A stretch of 43,912 nucleotides of DNA from an uncultured archaeon (lineage in GTDB: Archaea; Hadarchaeota; Hadarchaeia; Hadarchaeales; WYZ-LMO6). The stretch covers positions 1 through 43,912 of the forward strand of contig CALJER010000026.1 of assembly GCA_938074535.1 (NCBI GenBank). The letters run 5' to 3'. Both the position numbers and the translations under genes were made by a program. The stretch's first letter is position 1. Every line of letters starts with the position of its first letter. Below, piece after piece: positions 35,348 through 43,912 of the stretch. The notes below the pieces were generated by a model that ran no database searches, had not been told where the DNA came from, and saw nothing but the letters and a program-made list of their open reading frames with translations.

Positions 35348-36820
35348 ATGGAAGCCGAAGTTAAGGACAGGATCCTGGCGCTTCTGCAGGATATCGTGGG
35401 GCCGGAGCACGCCTCCGCGGACCCCGCTCTGCTCATTCCCTATTCCAGAGATCAGCACTGGCCCATAGCCGGCACCCACATGCCGGACTATGTGGTCAGG
35501 CCCAAAACGGTGGAGGAGGTCCAGAAGGTTCTGCGCCTGGCCAACAGGTACAGGATTCCCGTGATACCGGTCAGCAGCAACACCAACATCCGGGGGCTCA
35601 CCATCCCCCACCACGGGGGGATCATGCTGGATCTGAAGAGGATGGATTACCTGGAGATAGATGCAAAGAACAGGGCGGCCGTAGTAGGTCCGGGGGTCAG
35701 CTGTGCCAGGCTGGCGGACGAGGCTGAGAAGTACGGGCTCAGGCCCATCATCCCCGGGGCTCCCTCCACGGTCAACATGCTCTCCAACTGCCTGCTGAGA
35801 GGAGTTTCCAACATAGGCCCCAGGTACGGCCACACCGGCGACCAGGTCCTCGGGATGGAGGTGGTCCTGCCCACGGGGGAGATCCTGTACACGGGGGCGG
35901 CGGCCTTCCCCAACGTGGGGCCCTACTTCAGGTACTTCGGCCCAGACTGGGCGGGTCTCTTCCAGGGGCAGCCCGGGATCATGGGGGTGGTGACCAAGAT
36001 GGCGGTCAGGCTCTACCCCCTCCCCGAGCGCCAGGAGATGTTCATGTGCGGTTTCAACCAGAGGGAGGGCGAGCCGGAGGAGGGCCCCCTGCGCAGGGCC
36101 ATGGCCTTCATGCACGACCTCATGCTCCACGATCCACCCGTCATCACCTTCGGGGTGATCCTCCACTGGGTGGCCGCCGCCATCACCATGGTGGAGAAGA
36201 GGGAGGACATAGACGCCTTCAAGGGGACCCTGGGCGACTGGGTGGTGCTGGGTTCCATCGAGGGCTCCAGGGACTTCGTGAAGTACGCCAGGTCGGTGGT
36301 GGAGAAGGAGATCAAGAAGCACTGGGACAACATAGACGAGGGCAGGGAGGTGGTGCTCATGTCGAAGATGCTGAGGGACGAGCTGAAGGCGGCGCGCAGG
36401 ATCTTCAGGTGGTTCAGGCTGGGGAACTACTACGCTCTGGCCTGGTGGGGGCCGCTGGACAGGTTCGACAGGTACTACTTCGAGGCCCTGAAGGTATGGA
36501 GGGAGCTCGGGATCACGGAGGAGCTTTCCATCGTGGGCATTCCTGCCTACCCCTACGTGGGGCAGCTGACCTATTACGAGTTCGACAGCTTCTGGGACTC
36601 CACGGACGAGAGGAACACGGAGAAGATCAAGAAGTTCACCGAGCTCATGTACCAGAAAATGATCGACTTGGGGATCTACTGCTGGTTCAGACCGTACCCT
36701 GGGGTATACGAGAGCACCATTCCCAGGCTGAAGGGGTGCATGGGCGAGCTCTGGTACAAGGTCAAGAAGCTCCTGGATCCCAACAACATCATGAACCCTG
36801 GCAAGGTCTTCCCCGAGTAG
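35348..36820 (+). CDS. FAD-binding oxidoreductase, VAO/PCMH (GlcD-like) family
   Basis: YSRD, PDYVVRP.TVEEVQ.V.RLAN, GGIMLDLKRM, VGPGV, GMEVVLPTGEI, G.MGVVTK, KKLLDPNNIMNPGK. Confidence 0.88.
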   Translation: MEAEVKDRILALLQDIVGPEHASADPALLIPYSRDQHWPIAGTHMPDYVVRPKTVEEVQKVLRLANRYRIPVIPVSSNTNIRGLTIPHHGGIMLDLKRMDYLEIDAKNRAAVVGPGVSCARLADEAEKYGLRPIIPGAPSTVNMLSNCLLRGVSNIGPRYGHTGDQVLGMEVVLPTGEILYTGAAAFPNVGPYFRYFGPDWAGLFQGQPGIMGVVTKMAVRLYPLPERQEMFMCGFNQREGEPEEGPLRRAMAFMHDLMLHDPPVITFGVILHWVAAAITMVEKREDIDAFKGTLGDWVVLGSIEGSRDFVKYARSVVEKEIKKHWDNIDEGREVVLMSKMLRDELKAARRIFRWFRLGNYYALAWWGPLDRFDRYYFEALKVWRELGITEELSIVGIPAYPYVGQLTYYEFDSFWDSTDERNTEKIKKFTELMYQKMIDLGIYCWFRPYPGVYESTIPRLKGCMGELWYKVKKLLDPNNIMNPGKVFPE

Positions 36821-36832
36821 GTCGGTGTTAGG

Positions 36833-37867
36833 GTGGCCGAGCCCGACAAACTGATGACGGCCAAAGAGGCCGTTAAAAAGTTTGTGAGGGACGGCTGCAG
36901 CATCACGCTGGCGAACTTCGCCACCTGTGAGCCCTTCGCCCTCGTCCACGAGGTGATAAGGCAGAGGAAGAGGGATCTCTACCTCATCAAGTCCTCGGGC
37001 TTCATGGCCTCGGATCAGTTGCTTGCCGCCGGGTGCCTGAAGAGAATCCTCACCTCCTGGCACCTCCGGATGTCGCCCACCTCCTACTACTCACCCATCG
37101 ACAAGCTCCTGAAGGAGAAGAAGGTGGAGATGGAAGATTACAGCAACTGGACGGTGGCTGCCAGGCTTCTGGCGGGGGCCTGGGGCCTGCCTTTCTTTCC
37201 GGTGAAGGGCAGCTCCCTTCTCCACAGTGATATCTCCAGGGTCAGGAGCTTCGAGGGGGAGAACAAGATGAAGGTGGTGGAGAATCCCTTCAACCCAAAG
37301 GAGAAGGTGGTCCTGGTTCCGCCCCTCAACCCCGACGTGGCCCTCGTTCATGCCCAGCGCGCCGACAGGAACGGCAACGTGCAGCTGTGGGGACCCCTGG
37401 GTGACACGGTGTACGCCGCTCTGGCCAGCAAGGTGATCATCGCCAGCGTGGAGGAGATCGTGGAGGAGGAGAGCATCAGGAGGTCTCCTTTCCTCACGGT
37501 CATCCCAGAGTTCAGGGTCAACGCCCTGGTGCACGAGGAGTGGGGGGCGCACCCCATGGAGTGCCTGGGGTACTACGACATGGACGAGCCCTTCCTCCTC
37601 ATCTGGTACGCCCTGCTCACCAGGAAGATGATGGAGAGCTTCATGGACGAGTGGATCTTCGGGGTGGAGAGCCGCACGGAGTACATAGAGCACTACGTGG
37701 AGAGGTTCGGGATGGAGAAGCTCAACAGCCTGAGGGCCAAGAAGTACCTCTCGGACGCCGTGAACCTGGGATCCACCTTCGAAGGGGACATGAAGAGGTG
37801 GGGAATAGACTGGAGCTTCTTCGAGCAGCCCGTCTCGGAGATGGTGGAGTGGGAGGTGGAGGAATGA
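36833..37867 (+). CDS. family I CoA-transferase subunit A (glutaconate CoA-transferase-like)
   Basis: KLMT.KEAV..FVRDG, RLLAGAWGLPF.P, PDVALVHAQRADRNGNV, GAHP....GYYD.D. Confidence 0.88.
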   Translation: MAEPDKLMTAKEAVKKFVRDGCSITLANFATCEPFALVHEVIRQRKRDLYLIKSSGFMASDQLLAAGCLKRILTSWHLRMSPTSYYSPIDKLLKEKKVEMEDYSNWTVAARLLAGAWGLPFFPVKGSSLLHSDISRVRSFEGENKMKVVENPFNPKEKVVLVPPLNPDVALVHAQRADRNGNVQLWGPLGDTVYAALASKVIIASVEEIVEEESIRRSPFLTVIPEFRVNALVHEEWGAHPMECLGYYDMDEPFLLIWYALLTRKMMESFMDEWIFGVESRTEYIEHYVERFGMEKLNSLRAKKYLSDAVNLGSTFEGDMKRWGIDWSFFEQPVSEMVEWEVEE

Positions 37868-38820
37868 AGATCAGGATCACCCCGCTGGAGATGCTCGCCT
37901 ATTCGCTGGCCAGGGAGCTCAGGGACGGAGAGGTGGCCTTCGTGGGACAGGGACACCCCATCGTGGCCGCCTGCCTGGCGAAGAAGTTCTTCGCCCCCAA
38001 CCTGAAGATCCTGATGGAGGGAGGGATCTACGGCCCGGAGCCATACCGTCCCCCCTGGCACGTGGCGGACCTCACGGCCACCAGGGGATGTCTGATGCTC
38101 ACGGATTTCGCAGGGGTCTTCCAGTCCATTCTGTCCAGGGGTTTCGTGGACGTGGGGATCCTGGGCTGCTCGCAGGTGGACAAGTACGGAAACATCAACA
38201 CCACGGTGGTGGGCGACTACTTCAGCCCCGTTCTCAGGTTGCCGGGAAGCGGCGGGGGGCACGAAGTCGGGAGCTTCTCGAAGAGGCTCCTCATCACCAT
38301 GGCCGGGGGGAGGTTCGTGGAGAAGCTGGATTACGTGACCACCCCGGGCTGGCTGGAGGGAGGGGATGCCAGGGAGAGGGCGGGCCTGCCCGGGGGCCCG
38401 GCGGCCCTCATAACCAAAAAAGCGATCTTCAGGTTCCATCCCCGGACGAAGGAGATGTACCTGGATGCGAGGTATCCCTGGGTTTCGGTGGAGGAGATAA
38501 GGAAGGAGATCCCCTGGGAGCTGAAGCTGGCCGAAGACGGTGTGAAGGTGGCCCCCCTTCCCAGCCCTGAGGAGCTCAGGTTCATCAGGGAGTTCTCCCC
38601 CCTCACCGCCCTCAGGAGGGACTACTACCTCATGGAGAAGGTCACGGAGAGGCACTGGAGGCTGGAGGCTTCGGATGAGCCCCTCCTCACCAGGATAGTG
38701 GAGATAAGGGACGAGGAGAGGGAGGCCATAAAGAGGAGGATCGCGATGAAGAGGGAGGCGAGGGGGAGCTTCTTCAAGAAGGAAATGGAGAGGTGGAGGG
38801 AGGGCTCAGCGCAGGGGTAG
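37864..38820 (+). CDS. family I CoA-transferase subunit B
   Basis: ARELRDGEVAFVG.G.P, catalytic Glu in LMEGG, LGCSQVDKYGNIN, RLPGSGG, FVEKLDYVTTPG; ATG overlaps the subunit A stop. Confidence 0.88.
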   Translation: MKIRITPLEMLAYSLARELRDGEVAFVGQGHPIVAACLAKKFFAPNLKILMEGGIYGPEPYRPPWHVADLTATRGCLMLTDFAGVFQSILSRGFVDVGILGCSQVDKYGNINTTVVGDYFSPVLRLPGSGGGHEVGSFSKRLLITMAGGRFVEKLDYVTTPGWLEGGDARERAGLPGGPAALITKKAIFRFHPRTKEMYLDARYPWVSVEEIRKEIPWELKLAEDGVKVAPLPSPEELRFIREFSPLTALRRDYYLMEKVTERHWRLEASDEPLLTRIVEIRDEEREAIKRRIAMKREARGSFFKKEMERWREGSAQG

Positions 38821-40671
38821 GAACTCCCCAAGCCCCAGCTCCCTCACCTTCTCCTCCTTGGGGATCCCCTCCTCGTCCCACCCCACCATCCGGTAGTAGG
38901 CGTCGAGCATCTCCTCGAAGGTCTTCCTGTCGAGCACCTGCCCCCGGGAGAAGCCGTCGGGGAGGGGCTCGGTGAAGAACCTCTCCGGCAGGGTGTCGTC
39001 CTTCCTGGTTATTCCCTCCCTCACGTTGAACAGCCTCTGGAGGGTCCAGATCCTCTCCCCGATCCTGTCCACCTCCCCTTCATCGATCTCCCACCCCGTG
39101 ACGGCGGAGAGGGAGGAGGCCATGAGGGAGGGTGTGAAAACGATGCCGGCGAAGAACTTGCAGAGCACGGCGGACTCCACCACGGTGTACCTGCGCTCCA
39201 GGGCCACCTCGGCCTTCACCTTCTCCAGATCCAGGGCCTGGGGATCTAGCGGGGAGTCCAGGGGGTACATCCAGGTCATCGTTCCTATGTCCAGGTAGAG
39301 CATGCCGGTGGTGATGTGGCATCCCCCCCTGTTGCCCAGGGCGTAGGTGAGGGCCATCCCCTTCATGCCCCTGGGCTCGTAGCCCGCGTACTCCAGTCCT
39401 TTGGTCTGCATGGCGTACTTCTCCGACCCCCTTCCGAGCTTCCTGGCGGCCAGCCTGGTGCCTTCGGCCAGCAGATCCCCTATTCCCCTCCTCTCCCCTA
39501 TCCTCCTCACCAGCTCCACCATGGTTTCCCCGTTCCCCCAGCTGAGATCCAGTCCGTCTGCCTCCTCCCTTTTGAGCAGTCCCTTCTCGTGGCACTCCAT
39601 GGCGAAGGAAATCGCCCTCCCGCAGCTTATCCCGTCCATCCCATACTCGTTGACGAGCTGGTGGCAGATGGAGACGGTTTCCAGATCGGAGTTCCCGCAT
39701 CCGGCCCCGAAGGTGTTGACGTGCTCGTACTCCGGTCCCCAAACCACCATTCCCCGATATGGACCCGATTTCACCACCGAGACCCTGCCGCAGGCTATAG
39801 GGCACCCGAAGCACCCCACCTTCTTCACCAGCAGGGTCCTGGAGAGGGTGGGACCGGAGAGCTTCTCCCACTCCTCGAACCAGCCGCTCTGGAAGTTCCT
39901 GGTGGGGAAAGCGGCGATGCCGCTGGTGAAGGAGGTCATGGCGTCCGTGCCGTAGAGGTGGAGGGAGCGGACGAAGGGCTCGGACTTCCACACCTCATAC
40001 ATCTTCTTCACCACCTCCGAGACCTTTTCGGGCTCCGCCACCTTCACCCCCCCGTGCCCCCTGACCGCCACCGCCTTCAGCTTCTTGGAACCCATCACCG
40101 CCCCCGCCCCGCATCTCCCCGCGGCCCTCCCCTCGTCGTTGATGATGGAGGCGAACCTCACCAGTTTTTCTCCGGCCGGCCCTATGCAGGCCACCCTCAC
40201 CTCCTCGTCCCCTAGTTCCTTCCTTATCCTCTTCTGCGTCTCACCGGTGGTGGCACCCCACAGGTGCTGTGCCTTCCTCAGCTCCACGGAGTCGTCGTCT
40301 ATCCACAGGTAGACGGGTGAGGGCGAGACCCCCTCCACGATCAGGGCATCGTACCCCGCGAACTTCAGCTCGGGTCCCCAGTGTCCCGCCGAGCTGGACC
40401 AGCCCAGGATGGAGGTGAGAGGCGATTTGAAGGTCACCACGTACCTCCCGGTGGGTATCCTGGTGCCGGTGAGGGGGCCGGTGCAGAAGAAGAGCTTGTT
40501 CGACTCGCCCAGGGGGTCCGCCCCGGCTGGGACCTCCTTGAGGAGGAGATAGCTCCCCAGACCCACCCCCCCCAGGAACTTCCTGGCAGGTTCCGGGGGA
40601 AGGCCCTCCTTCACGATTTTACCCGTGGAGAGGTTCACCCTCAGCATCTTTCCCGTGTATCCGCCCTTCAT
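38806..40671 (-). CDS. aor: tungsten-dependent aldehyde:ferredoxin oxidoreductase
   Basis: GYTGKMLRVNLS, KSPLT, IGPAGE.LVRFA, GRAAGRCG.GAVMGSKKLKA, GCFGCPIAC, PEYE, RGGCH, DDTLPERF. Confidence 0.93.
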   Translation of the reverse strand: MKGGYTGKMLRVNLSTGKIVKEGLPPEPARKFLGGVGLGSYLLLKEVPAGADPLGESNKLFFCTGPLTGTRIPTGRYVVTFKSPLTSILGWSSSAGHWGPELKFAGYDALIVEGVSPSPVYLWIDDDSVELRKAQHLWGATTGETQKRIRKELGDEEVRVACIGPAGEKLVRFASIINDEGRAAGRCGAGAVMGSKKLKAVAVRGHGGVKVAEPEKVSEVVKKMYEVWKSEPFVRSLHLYGTDAMTSFTSGIAAFPTRNFQSGWFEEWEKLSGPTLSRTLLVKKVGCFGCPIACGRVSVVKSGPYRGMVVWGPEYEHVNTFGAGCGNSDLETVSICHQLVNEYGMDGISCGRAISFAMECHEKGLLKREEADGLDLSWGNGETMVELVRRIGERRGIGDLLAEGTRLAARKLGRGSEKYAMQTKGLEYAGYEPRGMKGMALTYALGNRGGCHITTGMLYLDIGTMTWMYPLDSPLDPQALDLEKVKAEVALERRYTVVESAVLCKFFAGIVFTPSLMASSLSAVTGWEIDEGEVDRIGERIWTLQRLFNVREGITRKDDTLPERFFTEPLPDGFSRGQVLDRKTFEEMLDAYYRMVGWDEEGIPKEEKVRELGLGEFLPLR

Positions 40672-41165
40672 CCCTTCACCTCCTTCAGGGCCTCGCCGGA
40701 GAGCATGAGCCCCGCGAGCAATTTCTGGGCCGCGGAGATCCTGTTTTTCAGGCCCGCCGTTTCCGAGGGCACCAGCTCCAGGGCCCCGGTGGGGCAGGCC
40801 TTCGCACACTCCGGGTCGCCGTCGCAGAGGTCGCAGACCCTGACCACGTTGGTTTCCTCGTCGAGCACGATGGCTCCGAACGGGCACACGTTCAGGCACC
40901 AGGTGCATCCTATGCATTTCTGCGGATCCACCTTTATCCTGTGCCTCTCGTCCACCTCCAGCGCCCCTTCCGGACAGGAACTCACGCAGGGCGGTTTCTC
41001 GCAGAACTGGCAGCTGAGGGGAAGGAAGAAGTAGGGCGGTACGAAGGTCACCCTTATCAGGGCCTTTTTGGGGTTGTACTCCTTCTTTTTGGCGTCCAGA
41101 CAGGCGAGTTCGCACGTTCTGCAGCCGGTGCACTTGTCCAGGTCCACCCGGAGGTACAGGCGCAT
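40668..41165 (-). CDS. 4Fe-4S dicluster electron-transfer subunit of AOR
   Basis: CTGCRTCELAC, CQFC..PPCVSSCP, CIGCTWCLNVCP, CDLC.GDPECAKACP; overlaps the aor start. Confidence 0.92.
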   Translation of the reverse strand: MRLYLRVDLDKCTGCRTCELACLDAKKKEYNPKKALIRVTFVPPYFFLPLSCQFCEKPPCVSSCPEGALEVDERHRIKVDPQKCIGCTWCLNVCPFGAIVLDEETNVVRVCDLCDGDPECAKACPTGALELVPSETAGLKNRISAAQKLLAGLMLSGEALKEVKG

Positions 41166-41195
41166 TTCCTCCCTTTTCACCCGAAGGTTAAAAAC

Positions 41196-42935
41196 TTATT
41201 TCCCTTCGCCCCCGAGTTCGGAGAGGAACTCGGCGCCGGGCATTTCCCTGAAGCTCCTCACCACCTCCTCCGGGTCACCCTCTTTCACCAGCCTCCCGTC
41301 CAGCATGAGGAGGGCCCTGTGTGAGATCTCACGGACGAAGTCCAGGTGGTGGCTCACCACGATCATGGTGAGGCCCATCTCCCTGTTGAGGAGCTTCAGC
41401 ACGTTGGTCACCCCGCGCAGGGTGAGGGGGTCCAGGTCCCCGAAGGGTTCGTCCAGGAAGAGGAGGCTGGGGCGGAAAAGGAGCTCGAGCGCTATGGCCA
41501 GCCTGATCCTCTCCCCCCAGGAGAGCTCGAAGGTCTTCCTCTCCAGCACCTCCTCGCCGAGCCGGCAGAGCCTCAGGGTGGGCTTTACCACCCTGGAGAC
41601 GGCCTTCCAGGGGGCCACGGGGAAGAGCTCCTCCACCAGGTTCTCCCCCAGCCCGAGCTCCCTCAGCCTTGCCTCCGCCTCCTTCTCCGGGTAGTCGGTG
41701 AGTCTGTAGAGGGCGTCCACCACCTCCTCCCTGAGGCCCAGCTCCCTGGCCTTGAGCCTGGCACGGGCGACCGCCCTCTCCCCCTTCACCCCCATCCTGG
41801 ACATGGCCAGCTCCTTCACCGTGGCGTGGTAGGGGAGGTCCAGCTCCTGGTGGAGCCTCCCTATCCTCCTCCTCACCTCCATCGCCCGGTAGCTCAGCCT
41901 GGTGATGTCCACCGTCCTTCCCCCCATCCTGTACAGGACCTCACCCTCGTCGGGCAGCTCCAGACCCGAGAGAAGCCTGAGCAGGACGGTCTTTCCCACC
42001 CCCGACGGTCCCACGATGGAGAGGATCTCTCCCTCCCTCACGTCGAAGCTCACCCCCCTGAGCTCGAAGGTCTCCCGCAGCACCTCGGCGTGGTACTTCT
42101 TCCTGAGGTTCCTCACCTTCAGGAGGGTTCTGCGCCTGGGAGGGGAGAGGGGAAGGGGCGGCTCGAGCTGGGAGAGGAAGCGTGAAATCACCTCCCTGGG
42201 AGGACCCACCGCGAGGATCCTCCTCTCCAGCCACATCACCCTGTCGGAGAGGGCGAGCAGGAGGGAGGGCAGATGGGAGGCCACGACCACGGAGACCCCC
42301 AGCTTTTCCCTGGCTCTCCTTATCTCGTCCACCGCCTGCTTCTTGGTGGCCGGGCAGGTCATGGTCACGGGCTCGTCCAGCAGGAGGAGGGGCTTCTCCC
42401 CCAGGGCCAGCTGCCTGGCCAGCACCAGCCTCTGCTTTTCCCCCCCGCTGAGGGTGAAGGCGGGATGCCCGGCCTTGTGCAGCAGCCCCACCCTTTCCAG
42501 GAGCTCCCTGCCCTTCCCCTGGAGCCTCTGGAAGTCCTCGGAGTCCTCGGGCGGGAGGGGAGCTGCCTCGTCCCCCGTTTCGAGCGCGTTGAGCCTCCTC
42601 ATCACGTTTTCCAGAACGGTTCCTTCCCAGAGGCCGAAGGAGCGCTGGAGGTGGAGGGCGGTCAGCTCCCTCAGCCTGCTGAAGGCCTCCGGGGGGGAGG
42701 AAGGGGTGACGGTGATTTCCCCCATCCTTATCTCCCCCTTCTCGAAGGGGAGCGAGCCCCTGAGCACGCGGATGAGGGTGCTCTTTCCCCCCCCGCTTCT
42801 GCCTATGACGCCCAGGATCTCCCCCCTCCCCAGGTCGAAGGAAAGGTCCTCGAGGGCCTCCACCCTTCCCCCACCCTCGAGCGAATAGCTCTTGCAAAGG
42901 CCCCTGACGCTGAGGAGAGCGCCCCCTGGCTCCAT
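41196..42935 (-). CDS. dual-ABC-domain soluble ATPase, component A2 (AtwA) paralog
   Basis: GRSGGGKST and GPSGVGKT Walker A motifs; HLQRSFGLW, LSGGEKQRL and DEP match A2-type proteins; no CxxC insert and no neighbouring permease. Confidence 0.72.
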   Translation of the reverse strand: MEPGGALLSVRGLCKSYSLEGGGRVEALEDLSFDLGRGEILGVIGRSGGGKSTLIRVLRGSLPFEKGEIRMGEITVTPSSPPEAFSRLRELTALHLQRSFGLWEGTVLENVMRRLNALETGDEAAPLPPEDSEDFQRLQGKGRELLERVGLLHKAGHPAFTLSGGEKQRLVLARQLALGEKPLLLLDEPVTMTCPATKKQAVDEIRRAREKLGVSVVVASHLPSLLLALSDRVMWLERRILAVGPPREVISRFLSQLEPPLPLSPPRRRTLLKVRNLRKKYHAEVLRETFELRGVSFDVREGEILSIVGPSGVGKTVLLRLLSGLELPDEGEVLYRMGGRTVDITRLSYRAMEVRRRIGRLHQELDLPYHATVKELAMSRMGVKGERAVARARLKARELGLREEVVDALYRLTDYPEKEAEARLRELGLGENLVEELFPVAPWKAVSRVVKPTLRLCRLGEEVLERKTFELSWGERIRLAIALELLFRPSLLFLDEPFGDLDPLTLRGVTNVLKLLNREMGLTMIVVSHHLDFVREISHRALLMLDGRLVKEGDPEEVVRSFREMPGAEFLSELGGEGK

Positions 42936-42988
42936 CTCTCCATTTAAACCCTCGATGGGGCTAAAAGGGAAATCCCCCCCATTTGGGT

Positions 42989-43912
42989 GTGAGGACGGTC
43001 ACGCTGGCCTCCCCCGAGGTCTACTCCTACGGTGCCATGCTCATCGGGGGGGTGCTGAGGGAAAGGGGTTACAGGGTCAGGCTGGTCCGCGGGCTGGAGG
43101 GACTCGAGGGAGAGCTGGTGGGCCTGAGCCTGACCTCCCTCTCCCACCTCCGGGAGGCCAGGAGAGTGGTGCCCCTTCTGAGGGGAAGGGGTGCCAGGGT
43201 GGTGGTGGGGGGGCCCATCACGCAGGTGCCCGAGCTGGTCCTGAGGTCCCTTCCGGAGGTGGATGCGGTGGTGGTGGGGGAAGGGGAGAGCACGGCTCCC
43301 GAGCTCTTCGAGGCCCTCTCCTCGGGAAGGGAGCTGGAGGAGGTGGAGGGGCTGGCCTTCCTGAGGAACGGGGAGGAGGTGAGGACCCCTCCTGCGGAGC
43401 CGCCGGAGCTGCGGGGCAGGCCCCTGCCCGAGATACCGCCCGATGTGTGGAAGCAGGACATAAGGGGGGCCCAGGTCTACCTGGAGACCCACAGGGGATG
43501 CCTGGGGGGGTGCGGTTTCTGCCAGGTCCCCTGCTTCTTCGGCCGCAGGGTGAGGTCGAGGCCGCTGGAGGAGATCGTGAGGGAGGCGGAGGCCTTCAGG
43601 GAAAGGGGGGTGAGCAGGATTTCCCTCTTCGGAGGCACCTCCACTCACTACGGCAGGGAGAGGGGCGCGGAGGGGGACTTCATAGAACTCCTGGAAAGGG
43701 TGAGCGGAGTGCTGGGGCCTCGGAACCTCTCCGTTCCGGATCTGAGGGTGGACGAGAGCAGCAGGGAGGTGCTGGAGGCCCTGAAGAGGTACACCATAGG
43801 CTTCGTGCTCTTCGGCATAGAGTCGGGGAGCGAGCGGATGCTGTGGAAGATGAGGAAGGGAATCACGGTGGAGAAGATACGGGAGGGGGTGGAGAGGGCC
43901 AGGGAGGCGGGG
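42989..43912 (+). CDS. B12-binding radical SAM methyltransferase, MCR glutamine C-methyltransferase (MgmA)-like, 3'-truncated (absent from the ORF track)
   Basis: GTG start; MRTVTLASPEVYSYGAMLIGGVL N-terminus; VVGGP and VVGEGE cobalamin-domain motifs; ETHRGCLGGCGFCQVP.FFGR..RSR (CxxxCxxC); SVPDLRVD; FGIESGS. Confidence 0.78.
   Translation, partial: MRTVTLASPEVYSYGAMLIGGVLRERGYRVRLVRGLEGLEGELVGLSLTSLSHLREARRVVPLLRGRGARVVVGGPITQVPELVLRSLPEVDAVVVGEGESTAPELFEALSSGRELEEVEGLAFLRNGEEVRTPPAEPPELRGRPLPEIPPDVWKQDIRGAQVYLETHRGCLGGCGFCQVPCFFGRRVRSRPLEEIVREAEAFRERGVSRISLFGGTSTHYGRERGAEGDFIELLERVSGVLGPRNLSVPDLRVDESSREVLEALKRYTIGFVLFGIESGSERMLWKMRKGITVEKIREGVERAREAG

Overview
GC-rich, gene-dense archaeal chromosome segment, probably from a thermophile. 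Gene content fits a Hadarchaeota-like lineage, but that is inference only. The left two thirds are mostly housekeeping: leuA-family 3' end, aIF-1A-RIO1-KH-top6B-top6A, alanine dehydrogenase, DHH, EndoQ, lysA, aminotransferase, hisHF, glnA, NUDIX, aspS, alba, GGR, TFB, tiaS and argS. Main points of interest: (1) Two tRNA genes, Asn-GTT and Ile2-CAT, each carry two BHB introns. tRNA-Asn has an intron at position 8/9, and its 5' leader duplicates the acceptor strand and could act as a splicing decoy. (2) A phased array of CCTAC-N3-6-GTAGG palindromes lies between two divergent HTH genes, upstream of an ExeA-like ATPase with a protamine-like tail and near alba. (3) A prokaryotic pentameric ligand-gated ion channel is divergent from glnA. 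(4) An AT-richer TusA-DsrE-IscS-IscU-TRASH island encodes an IscS with Asp in place of the PLP lysine. (5) A 13-kb cluster (30540-43912) is bracketed by MCR/ACR accessory genes (two component-A2/AtwA ATPases and an MgmA-like radical SAM). It encloses a QueG-like protein, an HdrD-like protein, an SCP2-like protein, a VAO-type flavoprotein, a CoA-transferase and an aldehyde:ferredoxin oxidoreductase. This is a candidate route for the unresolved alkyl-CoM to acyl-CoA step of anaerobic alkane oxidation. No mcr/acr structural genes, CRISPR array, rRNA or transposase are visible in the window.
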